From: Eledone cirrhosa
Lineage: Eukaryota
Assembly (NCBI GenBank): GCA_964016885.1
Contig: OZ024742.1
Coordinates: forward strand, 215,822,001-215,886,000
Direction: 5' to 3'
Length of the DNA: 64,000 nucleotides
Numbering within the stretch: the first letter of the stretch is position 1; each line of letters opens with the position of its first letter. The translations under genes were made by a program, and so were the position numbers. The notes under the pieces are model-generated. The model saw only the letters and a program-made list of their open reading frames with translations, was not told where the DNA came from and did no database searches. Shown here piece after piece: positions 41,501 through 55,900 of the stretch.

Positions 41501-41702
41501 GAGAGTCTGTCACATGACATTCCAGTCTCCACTTCACCGCTATTCGTACTGTTTAGGTTCGACATTTAAACACTCTTATGGAGGATTGGTGAATGTATGG
41601 TTACATAACCACCGGTGATTTCATCACCCCCGGTGATTTTAGTGTGGCACTATCACGCTGCAGACGAACATAAATAAACAAACAATACAAATAGGTAAAA
41701 AC
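38574..41702 (-). mobile_element. R4/Dong-clade non-LTR retrotransposon (RT + restriction-like endonuclease), internally deleted
   Basis: N-terminal 'WIKELNRTVMQCY..GYRKRMHNIW'; RT 'IDYKKAFDMVPHSW' and 'HLLFMDDLKLF'; 'GGRGLISI'; CCHC 'CRICGEREETLAHIVSEC..RHD'; RLE 'HNRPDLV..VDVACP..EKINRYQDL'. (ATT)n at both ends. Confidence 0.92.
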
Positions 41703-41752
<50 letters not shown>

Positions 41753-41777
41753 GCTGTTGTTGTTGTTGTTGTTTTTG

Positions 41778-42017
41778 TGTGGTGGATTGTCAGTATCGGT
41801 AGAGGGTCGCATGACATGTTGTGCAGCATAGAGTTACAGCCCTTTATGATCTGAGTTCAAAACCCGCCGTGGTTAACTTTGATTTTCATTCTTCCTTTTC
41901 GATAAAATAAAGTACCAGTCACGCAATGGTGTCGATTTAATCGACTTTCCTCTCCTCCAAAATTGCTGTCCTTGTGCCTATATAAGAAACCCTTATTATT
42001 ATTATTATTATTATTAC
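41778..42017 (+). mobile_element. SINE copy (same subfamily as 38339-38573)
   Basis: Shares 'gcagcatagagttacagccctttatgatctgagttcaaa' and 'ccttgtgcctatataagaaacc' plus an (ATT)n tail. Confidence 0.9.
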
Positions 42018-42154
42018 TGTTACTGTAAATACTATCATGTGTATACAGTTTTCATCATAAACAAATTAATAAATATAATCCATATATTAAATACAACAAT
42101 TAAAGACTCTAATAGTTCTTCAGAACAATCAAGATATATTTTGTAGTAGAGAAT

Positions 42155-42252
42155 ATGCAAATACCTGACGTCATTATTCTGATTGGTTCCGTTCTGTGTT
42201 CAATATGAGGAACTTGTTCATTGGTTAGATATTGTTTAATAAAAGAGGGCGG
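42155..42252. promoter_or_regulatory. Candidate Pol II promoter/enhancer motif cluster
   Basis: ATGCAAAT (42155), TGACGTCA (42166), ATTGG (42182 and 42220), GGGCGG (42247) within 100 bp. Motif evidence only. Confidence 0.4.
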
Positions 42253-42385
42253 TAGAGTTTTTAGAGCAGAAGATAAAAGTTTAGCATTATTTGTTCATAC
42301 TTTTTATGTTCACAGTTCAAATAACCACCGGTGTGGAATTTGCCTTGCCCCATTCTACTGGTATCGATGAAATAATGGGCTGGAT

Positions 42386-42600
42386 TAGACAGGAAAAAGT
42401 TAAAAGAAACAACAGCTAAGGTAAACAAAGTCATCGAATACCTTGAGGCGAGGAGCTTTCACCAGTGCAACAATATCCTCAAAGCAACAGCAAATGCGGT
42501 GAGGAAATTACTTGGATAAAAGCGAGAGGAAACAACAAACAAGAAAGATCAGAATCTTGGTTGAAGAAACGACTGAATGGTCAAATCAGGGAAATGAGAA
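42386..42600 (+). repeat. 215-bp inverted copy of 40776-40990 (internal part of the R4 LINE)
   Basis: Reverse-complement identity with one mismatch seen. Confidence 0.95.
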
Positions 42601-42737
42601 TCGACTTATACCTTTCCGCATATTGCTGGTTTTGTGACAATGTTAGAGACAATTATGTTGAATCAGGGTGGAAGATGTTGTTGAATTGTTAGAGTGTCAG
42701 ATATTGTCATTGCGGTAGTTGTGCTTGTTCGTGATAT

Positions 42738-43395
42738 TGTGAGTTCAAATTTCGCCGAAGTTAACTTTGCCTTTCGTCCTTAGGAAATCGATAAAATAGA
42801 GTGCCACTAACGCACGGTGTCGATTTAATCGATTTTCCCTTCCACCAAATCGTTGGCCTTGTACTTAAATCAGAAACCATTATTTGTTATCACCCTACAT
42901 TCTGAATTCAAACTGTCGGTGTTAATTTTGCCTTTTATCTTGCCGGGGTCGATATAACCAACTTTATCCCTTCTTCAAATTACCGTTCTTGAATCAGGGT
43001 GGTGGATTATTTGAATTTTTATTATCTAATACATTGTCATTGCCGTAGTTGTTCTGGCTTTTTGCGTTCCGAGTTCAACTACTGTTGAGTTCAACATTGC
43101 CTTTCATCCTAGTGGCGTGGATAAATTATAGTATCTCTACGGGATCGATCGATGTAACCGACATTATCCTTCCCCCCAAATTGTGAGACTTTTCCCTAAC
43201 ATAGAAATCATTGCAGTATCGGTAGAGGGTCGGACGCCATGCTTTGACGCATAGAGTTACGGCTCTTGTCATTATGAGTTCAAATCCGGCCGAGGTTAAC
43301 TTTGCCTTTCATCCTTACGGGGTCGATAAAATAAAGTACCAGTAATGCACTGGGTATTGCTGGCCTTGTGCCTAAAGTATAAACAATTATTATTA
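42738..43395 (+). mobile_element. Cluster of four SINE copies/fragments
   Basis: 'gagttcaaat..gttaactttgcctttc..gtcgataaaa'-like cores at ~42740, 42900, 43085 and 43275. Confidence 0.8.
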
Positions 43396-44500
43396 ATTTT
43401 TCTTTAGTTGAGATTTCTTCGGTAAGTGAGAATTCTCGGTGTTTAATTTAGGCACAAGGCAAGCATATTTGACCGCTGGCTCTTCCAGCGCATCTCCCTT
43501 ACCATCCTCCGGGGAAACGCCTTCTCCATTCTGTCGTTCTCGGCTGTGGGGAGGCCAGCATGTGGAACCCCATTTGCTCATAATACAGAGAGATGGGGAG
43601 GTCGAGAGAGATGGAGGTGATGACGGTGGGATTTCGGTTCTTCCGTGTTCGGACACATTGGTAGGCACTTGGAATTTGGTTTGTTTCTGGTTGCCCATTA
43701 ATTAAACAGGTTAAATGTCCACCATTAAAGTTATCTACGATTTAATATCCAATGTCAATACTGCCTCATTATTAAATTTAATCATTAAGAGTACATTAAA
43801 TGAAATACCAGTCAATTACTGGCGTCGATTTAACCAATTTCGTTGTCTTATTTCAAAAGTGGGAAACCCAGAACAAATGCGGCATTATTATATACAGCCC
43901 TCTAACAAGTAGGCCAATTTCCCGGAGAAATGAAATAGGATACTTGGAATGATGTAATGCTAGATCGATATATTATATGTAAAATTAAACAAAAACATGA
44001 TTGTCATGGCTGGACTGCTTGATTATGACTAACAAAGTGTTAAAAAGATATGATCACATTAAGGCTAATGGAATATTATTATGCAGGGTATTATATAATA
44101 TTGTTGTTATTGTTATTGTTGTTTTTAACTACTTTTTTACAGAAATTCCAAAACAAAGCATCATCTACTACTACCGCTTTCTTTCTCTCTCATTCTCTCT
44201 CATTCTCTAACCCTTCATTAGCTATCCTCTTTCTCTCAATCAACTCCCAGCTTTTCATTTTTGTCTTTCCTACGACTTTCTTTATTTTACAATTTCGTTC
44301 TTTTTTTTCTTTTCGTTTTCTGTTATGTTTATTTTTTAATTATTTACTTCCCTCTTTCCTTTACGGTTTCGTTTTTCTTGTTTTTATTTTTATTCAACGT
44401 TTCATCCTCTTTTCTCTTTCCTTCCTTCTCCCTACTGCTTACATTTCTTTCTTACAGTTGTTTTCCCGACAATTTGATTATATCTACCTTGAGTTTAGTT

Positions 44501-44644
<144 letters not shown>

Positions 44645-44992
44645 CTCATTATCTTTGTTTATATAGTTCTCAAGCCATCCATTCTTTCCCCCGCGTTCTT
44701 TAACTCATACATTTGCTTTCTTATTTCCGATAATTTTTACATCTGTATTTCTATCTGTACATCAACGCAACTCTTTCTTCATTCACCTCTCTATACTGAT
44801 ATCCCTTCAGCCATTTTACTCTCTCTAAATTTTTCTGTCTATCTGTCATTTTCTCTTCTTTTTGTTTCGCATCCTCTTTTATTTCTACACTACCCTCTCT
44901 CTGTCTCCCCCCCCCTCTCTCTCTCTTTCTCTCTTTCTCCACTCTCTGTCTATCTATATGTATATATATACATATATATATATATTTATCTC

Positions 44993-45056
<64 letters not shown>

Positions 45057-45511
45057 ACTATCTATTACTCATTACTCACTATTAAATTGAAATTGGAATT
45101 ACTATACTAATAGTGCGCATACTACTACTACTGCTAGCTTGCAGTTGAAGTGTGTGCTGTAAATAACAAAATGTTTTACTACGAAGTTTTATCCGCTGAA
45201 ATTTCTCCTCCTCCTCCGCCGAATAAGAGCAGTACTACATCAACCAACTAGCCAGCCAGCCAGCCAAATACCAGCCAACCAACTAACCAGCCAGCTCACG
45301 CTGTAAGTACACATAACAACAATGGATGATACAAATATTGGTCTGAATTCTCGCGCCACGCTCACGACGACCCCACTCTTATTTACGGCGTTGTTTCATC
45401 AAGAAAGAAAGAATATATATTTATATATATAACACAAACACACCCAGTTCACATTCACTAGTATAGAAATATACATACATACATACATACACACACACAC
45501 ATACACACACG

Positions 45512-45553
<42 letters not shown>

Positions 45554-45599
45554 CACACATATATATATATATACACATATATATATATATATATATATA

Positions 45600-45726
45600 T
45601 AATTGTTTCTACTTTTGGCACGAGGCCAGCAAGTATCCAGTACATTACTGGTACTTTATTTTATCGATCCCGTAAGGATGAAAGGCAAAGTTAACCAAAG
45701 CGGGATTTGAACTCAGAATGGCAAGA
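45600..45726 (-). mobile_element. 5'-truncated SINE copy
   Basis: Reverse complement of the SINE core ('ctggtactttattttatcgatcccgtaaggatgaaaggcaaagttaac'). Confidence 0.85.
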
Positions 45727-47119
45727 ATGCCAGTATATTAACATAAATATATCACACAGTGTGAAAACATATATAAAGAAAAAAGAGCAAAACAAACAAA
45801 AGGAGGGGTAAGAAAGTAAAGTGATCGGGAGTGATATACCGTACCATAACATTACATAACACAAATTAGGGATAACACAACCTAGGGATAACACTACCTA
45901 GGGATACACATACCCTCAGAACTACCATACTTCACTTTTACCTTATCAAACAAAACCACACCCATCTCATTAAATTTATAACAAGAAAGTATAAGGGATT
46001 AGAAACATCGCTGTAAATGCTACATCGTTTCAACAATTGTTATCCTTGATGCTTTTTTACCTGAAGTAGGAGGAAAAATTACAAATTTTCCGCATTATTA
46101 TTTTTATTATTATCATTATTTTTGTTGTTGTTGTTTTTTTCTTCCATGAGTGTGGGATGAATGTGGGAAGTTCTTTTAAAACAAATTAAAGAAATCAGTA
46201 TCCTACACGTCATCATTTTCATCAGCATCATCACACATCACACATCGTCATTATCATCTGTATTATCAACTAATCAAAACATCAACACCAATTTCATCTA
46301 CAAGATGCGAAGGAATGAAACAAGTACAAGTATGAAAAAATGTTTTGGTTTTCATATATAAAAAAATGTAGAGAGAAAGGAATTAAACAAGGATATATTA
46401 AATAAATAAAAGAAAGAAATGGTTAAAAGTCAAGTAAAAAAAATAGAAATGAAAAAGAAAAAAACTTCTAATCAGAATCTCTTTCAAATTATTTAAATTT
46501 TAAAATAAAAAAAGTATGTTTAAAATGAATTTCTAAACTTTAAATATGTAAAAAAAAATTAATGAAATAAAATGATATAATATTATTGTTATCATTATTA
46601 TTATCAATGATAATATTATTATTATTATCATTTCAAACGAAGATTACACTGGAAAAAATGTAGTAATTTGAAGACAAATTCAACAAAAAAAAAAAATAGA
46701 ATGGAAATAAAACAAAAAGTAAATATGTTAAGGAGAAGAAAAATAAAAAAAAGTATCGAATCTTCACTGGGAATATAAACATCTAACACAAAAAAAGAGG
46801 AATTGATAACTATACCAAAAATATCACCTACTACTACGATCACAACTAATGGAAACAAAACGATAGCAGAACATTACTGAATACAACTTATATAAATATA
46901 TTTCAGTCGAGAGACCACCCACTCAAACTTGCAACAACAAACATATCGAAGGTTAACTTCTTTTCTTTTTCTTTATCATTAATTTCATAAATTTGTATAA
47001 GCTTTGCCATAATCTTTTTATTTTTTTTATTTTATTTTTTAATATGTATAACTTTCCCTGCGAGGATGTAAGTGTCTATGTGAGTATGCATAAGTATATG
47101 AGTGTGTGTATATACTATT

Positions 47120-48120
<1,001 letters not shown>

Positions 48121-48521
48121 GTGTGTCTGTGTGTGTGTGTATATATATGAGTATATATGAGAGTATATATGTATTTATATATAAAGAAAGAGAGAGAGAG
48201 GGAGAGAGACGGAGGAGTTAGGTAAAATCCCGACTGCAACACCAAGTGGTTTCGGATTGTGTGTTCAACAGAGTGTAGTTATAAAAGTATGGGGAGGTGT
48301 ATGTGTGGTGGTATGTTTGAATATATTTATATATGTATATATGTATATATATATATATATCATTCATATATATATATGCACATATATGAATGATATATAT
48401 ATATACATATATATATGATATATGATATACATATATATATACATATATATATGATATATGATATATATATATATACATATATATACACATACACAAACAC
48501 ACACACACACACATATATTTA

Positions 48522-48616
<95 letters not shown>

Positions 48617-48734
48617 TCGTGTGTGGGGTGGGTGTGCGTGTTTATGTGCGTGCGTCTATTTTCACCATCAATAGTCTCATAGCATCATCAATAAGGCTAC
48701 TTTAACCAAAAACGACGCCTCTATCTCTCGGATA

Positions 48735-49330
48735 ACCATCAGCATCATGAACATAATACCGCTGAATCCTTATCATCATCATCATCATCATCATCATCAT
48801 ATCCTCATCATCGTCATATCATCATCACCATTATTATCACCTTCATCAACAGACGACTGCCACAACATTTAGTATCAGTAGTAGCAACCGTGTCATATGT
48901 TTGTCGCCACCATACCCATCATCAATATCATTCTCACTATCACCTTGATAATCATCATCATTAGCATAATCAACACCGCCATCATCATAATCATCATTGT
49001 CATCATCATCATCATCATTATCAGCTGCAGTAGCATCCACAGGATAGACATCATCATCATCAACATAATATCCATCAACCTCACCAACGCAACCACCACT
49101 AACCTTACTATCCCCCACGCACCTCACAACCACGACTACCCTCGCTGACCCCGCCGCCACGAACCATCATCAACAACAACGGCTTCATCGCTAGTAACCC
49201 CCCCCCCCTCTCCCTCCTCCTCCTCCTCCTCCTGTTCCTCCTCCTCCTCATCATCCTCATCATCATCATCATCATCACCACAACCATCATCGACATCATC
49301 TTCACTAGGTCCATTATCATCATCAATCCC
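48735..49330. repeat. Degenerate (CAT)n/(CCT)n trinucleotide region
   Basis: Direct reading. Confidence 0.9.
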
Positions 49331-49589
49331 GCAACTGTCACCAAACCACGACTAAAACAATCCACCTAACGGCTACTATGTAACTATTGTTGTCTGCTTG
49401 TAGTGGTGATTTGCTGAGGTAGCCACCCTACTGTACTCATCATGAAGCAAAGTGCACTACCACTAACATTACCATAGTCAAACCGCTATGGGTAATCTAA
49501 CTCATCACAAAACCAACACAGTCACGAAGTGTCTATATTTTCAGTTTGGCTTTAGAACGTCCAATATCTACATCCAACACACAACCACC

Positions 49590-52235
49590 ACAACCACTAC
49601 AACCACCACCACCGGCAGCACAACTACCGAAAAACCGTCAACAACAACTCAACTACATCACAACCACTACAACCACCAACCACCGGCAGCACAACTACCG
49701 AAAAACCGTCAACGACAACTCAACTACATCACAACCACTACAACCACCACCACCGGCAGCACAACTACCGAAAAACCGTCAACGACAACTCAACTACATC
49801 ACAACCACTACAACCACCACCACCGGCAGCACAACTACCGAAAAACCGTCAACGACAACTCAACTACATCACAACCACTACAACCACCACCACCGGCAGC
49901 ACAACTACCGAAAAACCGTCAACGACAACTCAACTACATCACAACCACTACAACCACCACCACCGGCAGCACAACTACCGAAAAACCGTCAACGACAACT
50001 CAACTACATCACAACCACTACAACCACCACCACCGGCAGCACAACTACCGAAAAACCGTCAACGTCAACTCAACTACATCACAACCACTACAACCACCAA
50101 CCACCGGCAGCACAACTACCAAAAAACCGTCAACGACAACTCAACTACATCACAACCACTACAACCACCACCACCGGCAGCACAACTACCGAAAAACCGT
50201 CAACGACAACTCAACTACATCACAACCACTACAACCACCAACCACCGGCAGCACAACTACCGAAAAACCGTCAACGACAACTCAACTACATCACAACCAG
50301 TACAACCACCACCACCGGCAGCACAACTACCGAAAAACCGTCAACGACAACTCAACTACATCACAACCACTACAACCACCACCACCGGCAGCACAACTAC
50401 CGAAAAACCGTCAACGACAACTCAACTACATCACAACCACTACAACCACCACCACCACCGGCAGCACAACTACCGAAAAACCGTCAACGACAACTCAACT
50501 ACATCACAACCACTACAACCACCAACCACCGGCAGCACAACTACCAAAAAACCGTCAACGACAACTCAACTACACCACAACCACTACAACCACCAACCAC
50601 CGGCAGCACAACTACCAAAAAACCGTCAACGACAACTCAACTACACCACAACCACTACAACCACCAACCACCGGCAGCACAACTACCAAAAAACCGTCAA
50701 CGACAACTCAACTACATCACAACCACTACAACCACCACCACCGGCAGCACAACTACCGAAAAACCGTCAACGACAACTCAACTACACCACAACCTCTACA
50801 ATCACCACCACCACCGGCAGCACAACTACCGAAAAACCGTCAACGACAACTCAACTACATCACAACCACTACAACCACCACCACCGGCAGCACAACTACC
50901 GAAAAACCGTCAACGACAACTCAACTACATCACAACCACTACAACCACCAACCACCGGCAGCACAACTACCGAAAAACCGTCAACGACAATTCAACTACA
51001 TCACAACCACTACAACCACCACCACCACCGGCAGCACAGCTACCGAAAAACCGTCAACGACAACTCAACTACACCACAACCTCTACAACCACCACCACCG
51101 GCAGCACAACTACCGAAAAACCGTCATCGACAACTCAACTACACCACAACCACTACAACCACCAACCACCGGCAGCACAACTACCAAAAAACCGTCAACG
51201 ACAACTCAACTACACCACAACCTCTACAATCACCACCACCACCGGCAGCACAACTACCGAAAAACCGTCAACGACAACTCAACTACATCACAACCACTAC
51301 AACCACCACCACCGGCAGCACAACTACCGAAAAACCGTCAACGACAACTCAACTACATCACAACCACTACAACCACCAACCACCGGCAGCACAACTACCG
51401 AAAAACCGTCAACGACAATTCAACTACATCACAACCACTACAACCACCACCACCACCGGCAGCACAGCTACCGAAAAACCGTCAACGACAACTCAACTAC
51501 ACCACAACCTCTACAACCACCACCACCGGCAGCACAACTACCGAAAAACCGTCATCGACAACTCAACTACACCACAACCACTACAACCACCAACCACCGG
51601 CAGCACAACTACCAAAAAACCGTCAACGACAACTCAACTACATCACAACCACTACAACCACCACCACCGGCAGCACAACTACCGAAAAACCGTCATCGAC
51701 AACTCAACTACACCACAACCACTACAACCACCAACCACCGGCAGCACAACTACCGACAAACCGTTAACGACAACTCAACTACATCACAACCACTACAACC
51801 ACCAACCACCGGCAGCACAACTACCGACAAACCGTTAACGACAACTCAACTACATCACAACCACTACAACCACCAACCACCGGCAGCACAACTACCAAAA
51901 AACCGTCAACGACAACTCAACTACACCACAACCACTACAACCACCAACCACCGGCAGCACAACTACCAAAAAACCGTCAACGACAACTCAACTACATCAC
52001 AACCACTACAACCACCACCACCGGCAGCACAACTACCGAAAAACCGTCAACGACAACTCAACTACATCACAACCACTACAACCACCAACCACCGGCAGCA
52101 AAACTACCGACAAACCGTTAACGACAACTCAACTACATCACAAGCACTACAACCACCACCACCACCGGCAGCACAACTACCGAGAAACCGTCAACGACAA
52201 CTCAACTACATCACAACCACTACAACCACCTCCAC
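49590..52235. repeat. 70-bp minisatellite (70/71/73-bp variants), ~37 copies
   Basis: Unit ACAACCACTACAACCACCACCACCGGCAGCACAACTACCGAAAAACCGTCAACGACAACTCAACTACATC. Confidence 0.97.
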
Positions 52236-52579
52236 CACCATCACACACACACCACTACTGTGCACTGCTGTGTGAATATTCCCAATACCAATACTATCAA
52301 TATTACGAACCCAACCATTCCATTAGTATGTCACCATCTTAAGTACGACAGCTAGGACCACTATATACACACACACAACAGCACCCATTTACATGTGACT
52401 ACGGTTAACACCATTACACTCTCACTACCCTTTTACTATAGTTTTATTTAACCCTAAGCTATCCCTATCTAATTCCTTACAAAAGTCACATACTACTACA
52501 TTGTCATCGGAGTCAATAAAAACACGACACAAAAAGCACCATCAGCATTACCAAATGACGATCGTCAATCTTTCCACAG

Positions 52580-52583
52580 CTAT

Positions 52584-52647
<64 letters not shown>

Positions 52648-52660
52648 GTTACTGCTGCTG

Positions 52661-52730
<70 letters not shown>

Positions 52731-52823
52731 AAATAATAATAATAATAATAATAACAATAATACTATTACTAGTACTACTACTATTGCTGCTACTGCTTTC
52801 TGCTGCTAGTGTTGCTGCTGCTG

Positions 52824-52868
<45 letters not shown>

Positions 52869-52872
52869 GTAT

Positions 52873-52934
<62 letters not shown>

Positions 52935-52960
52935 ATATTAATACTACCAACACCACTACC
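52580..52960. repeat. (ACT)n/(AAT)n/(GCT)n trinucleotide array
   Basis: Direct reading. Confidence 0.95.
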
Positions 52961-52978
52961 CCCCAACCACCGCTACCA

Positions 52979-55900
52979 GCACTTATAATACCATCATCTT
53001 ACCACTGGTTATTCTCTCCACTTATAATACCTTCATCTTACCACTGGTTACTACCTCGACTTATAATACCTTCATCTTACCACTGGTTACTACCGCCACT
53101 TATAATACCACCATCTTACTACTGGTTACTATCTCCACTTATAATACCACCATCTTACCACTGGATACTACCACCCTTATAATACCATCATCTTACCACT
53201 GGTTACTCTCTCCACTTATAATACCATCATCTTACCACTGGTTACTACCACCACTTATAATACCATCATCTTACCACTGGTTACTCTCTCCACTTATAAT
53301 ACCATCATCTTACCACTGGTTACTACCACCACTTATAATACCATCATCTTATCACTGGTTACTACCACCACTTATAATACCATCATCTTACCACTGGTTA
53401 CTCACTCCACTTATAATACCATCATCTTACCACTGGTTACTACCACCACATATAATACCATCATCTTACCACTGGTTACTACATCCACTTATAATACCAT
53501 CATCTTACCACTGGTTACTCTCTCCAGTTATAATACCATCATCTTACCACTGGTTACTACCTCCACTTATAATACCATCACCTTACCACTGGTTACTACC
53601 TCCACTTATAATACCATGATCTTACCACTGGTTACTACCTCCACTTATAATACCATCATCTTACCACTGGTTATTACCTCCACTTATATTACCATCATAT
53701 TACCACTGGTTACTACATCCACTTATAATACCATCATATTACCACTGGTTACTACCTCCACTTATAATACCATCATCTTACCACTGGTTACTACCTCCAC
53801 TTATAATACCATCATCTTACCACTGGTTACTACCTCCACTTATAATACCATCATCTTACCACTGGTTACTACCTCCACTTATAATACCATCATCTTACCA
53901 CTGGTTACTACCACCACTTATAATACCATCATCTTACCACTGGTTACTACCTCCACTTATAATACCATCATCTTACCACTGGTTACTACCTCCACTTATA
54001 ATACCATCATCTTACCACTGGTTACTACCTCCACTTATAATACCATCATCTTACCATTGGTTACTATCTCCACTTATAATACCTTCATCTTACCACTGGT
54101 TACTCTCGCCACTTATAATACCATCATCTTACCACTGGTTACTATCTCCACTTATAATACCATTATCTTACCACTGGTTACTACCTCCACTTATAATACC
54201 ATCATCTTACCACTGGTTACTACCTCCACTTATAATACCATCATCTTACCACTGGTTACTATCTCCACTTATAATACCTTCATCTTACCACTGGTTACTC
54301 TCGCCACTTATAATACCATCATCTTACCACTGGTTACTATCTCCACTTATAATACCATCATCTTACCACTGGTTACTATCTCCACTTATAATACCTTCAT
54401 CTTACCACTGGTTACTCTCGCCACTTATAATACCATCATATTACCACTGGTTACTGCCTCCACTTATAATACCTTCATCTTACCACTGGTTACTCTCTCC
54501 AGTTATAATACCATCATCTTACCACTGGTTACTCTCTCCAGTTATAATACCATCATCTTACCACTGGTTACTCTCTCCACTTATAGTACCATCATCTTAC
54601 CACTGGTTACTACCTCCAATTATAATACCTTCATCTTACCACTGGTTACTCTCTCCAGTTATAATACCATCATCTTACCACTGGTTACTACCTCCACTTA
54701 TAATACCATCATCTTACCACTGGTTACTATCTCCACTTATAATACCATCATCTTACCACAGGTTACTATCTCCACTTATAATACCTTCATCTTACCACTG
54801 GTTACTACCTCCACTTATAATACCATCATCTTACCACTGATTACTCTCTCCACTTATAATACCATCATCTTACAACTGGTTACTATCTCCACTTATAATA
54901 CCATCATATTACCACTGGTTAATGCCTCCACTTATAATACCTTCATCTTACCACTGGTTACTACCTCCACTTATAATACCTTCATCTTACCACTGGTTAC
55001 TATCTCCACTTATAATACCATCATCTTACCACAGTTTACTATCTCCACTTATAATACCATCATCTTACCAGTGGATAATACCTCCACTTATAATACCATC
55101 ATCTTACCACTGGTTACTCTCTCCAGTTATAATACCATCATCTTACCACTGGTTACTACCTCCGCTTATAATACCATCATCTTACCACTGGTTACTCTCT
55201 CCAGTTATAATACCATCATCTTACCACTAATTACTACCTCCGCTTATAATACCATCATCTTACCACTGGTTACTCTCTCCAGTTATAATACCATCATCTT
55301 ACCACTGGTTACTCTATCCAATTATAATACCATCATATTACCACTGGTTACTACCTCCGCTTATAATACCATCATCTTATCACTGGTTACTCTCTCCAGT
55401 TATAATACCATCATCTTACCACTGGTTACTATATCCACTTATAATACCTTCATCTTACCACTGGTTACTCTATCCACTTATAATACCTTCATCTTACCAC
55501 TGGTTACTCTCTCCACTTATAATACCATCATCTTACCACTGGTTACTCTATCCACTTATAATACCATCATATTACCACTGGTTACTCTCTCCAGTTATAA
55601 TACCATCATCTTACCACTGGTTACTCTATCCACTTATAATACCTTCATCTTACCACTGGTTACTCTCTCCACTTATAATACCATCATCTTACCACTGGTT
55701 ACTACATCCACTTATAATACCATTATCTTACCACTGGTTACTATCGCCACTTATAATACCATCATCTTACCACTGGTTATTACCTCCACTTATAATACCA
55801 TTATCTGAACACTGGTTACTACCTCCACTTATAATACCATTATCTTACCACTGGTTACTACCTCCACTTATAATACCATTATCTTACCACTGGTTACTAC

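Noticed and set aside
43393-43705. GC-richer segment with ORFs on both strands
   Set aside because: No recognisable motif; probably a transposon fragment, but unassignable.
45110-45310. Possible first exon (short ATG frame, GTAAGT donor)
   Set aside because: The frame closes after 26 codons and there is no independent support.
45867-45912. TAGGGATAACA repeats resembling a partial I-SceI site or telomeric seed
   Set aside because: Only a 16-bp unit repeated about three times; 11 of 18 nt match, and no TTAGGG array.
48225-48285. Minus-strand CUGUUGA..CGAAAC motif
   Set aside because: Core mismatch and no pairing stem II; cannot be supported as a ribozyme.
49488-52275. 759-aa and 909-aa mucin-like ORFs
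   Set aside because: Unit lengths of 70/71/73 shift frame continually; openness follows from T-poor composition.
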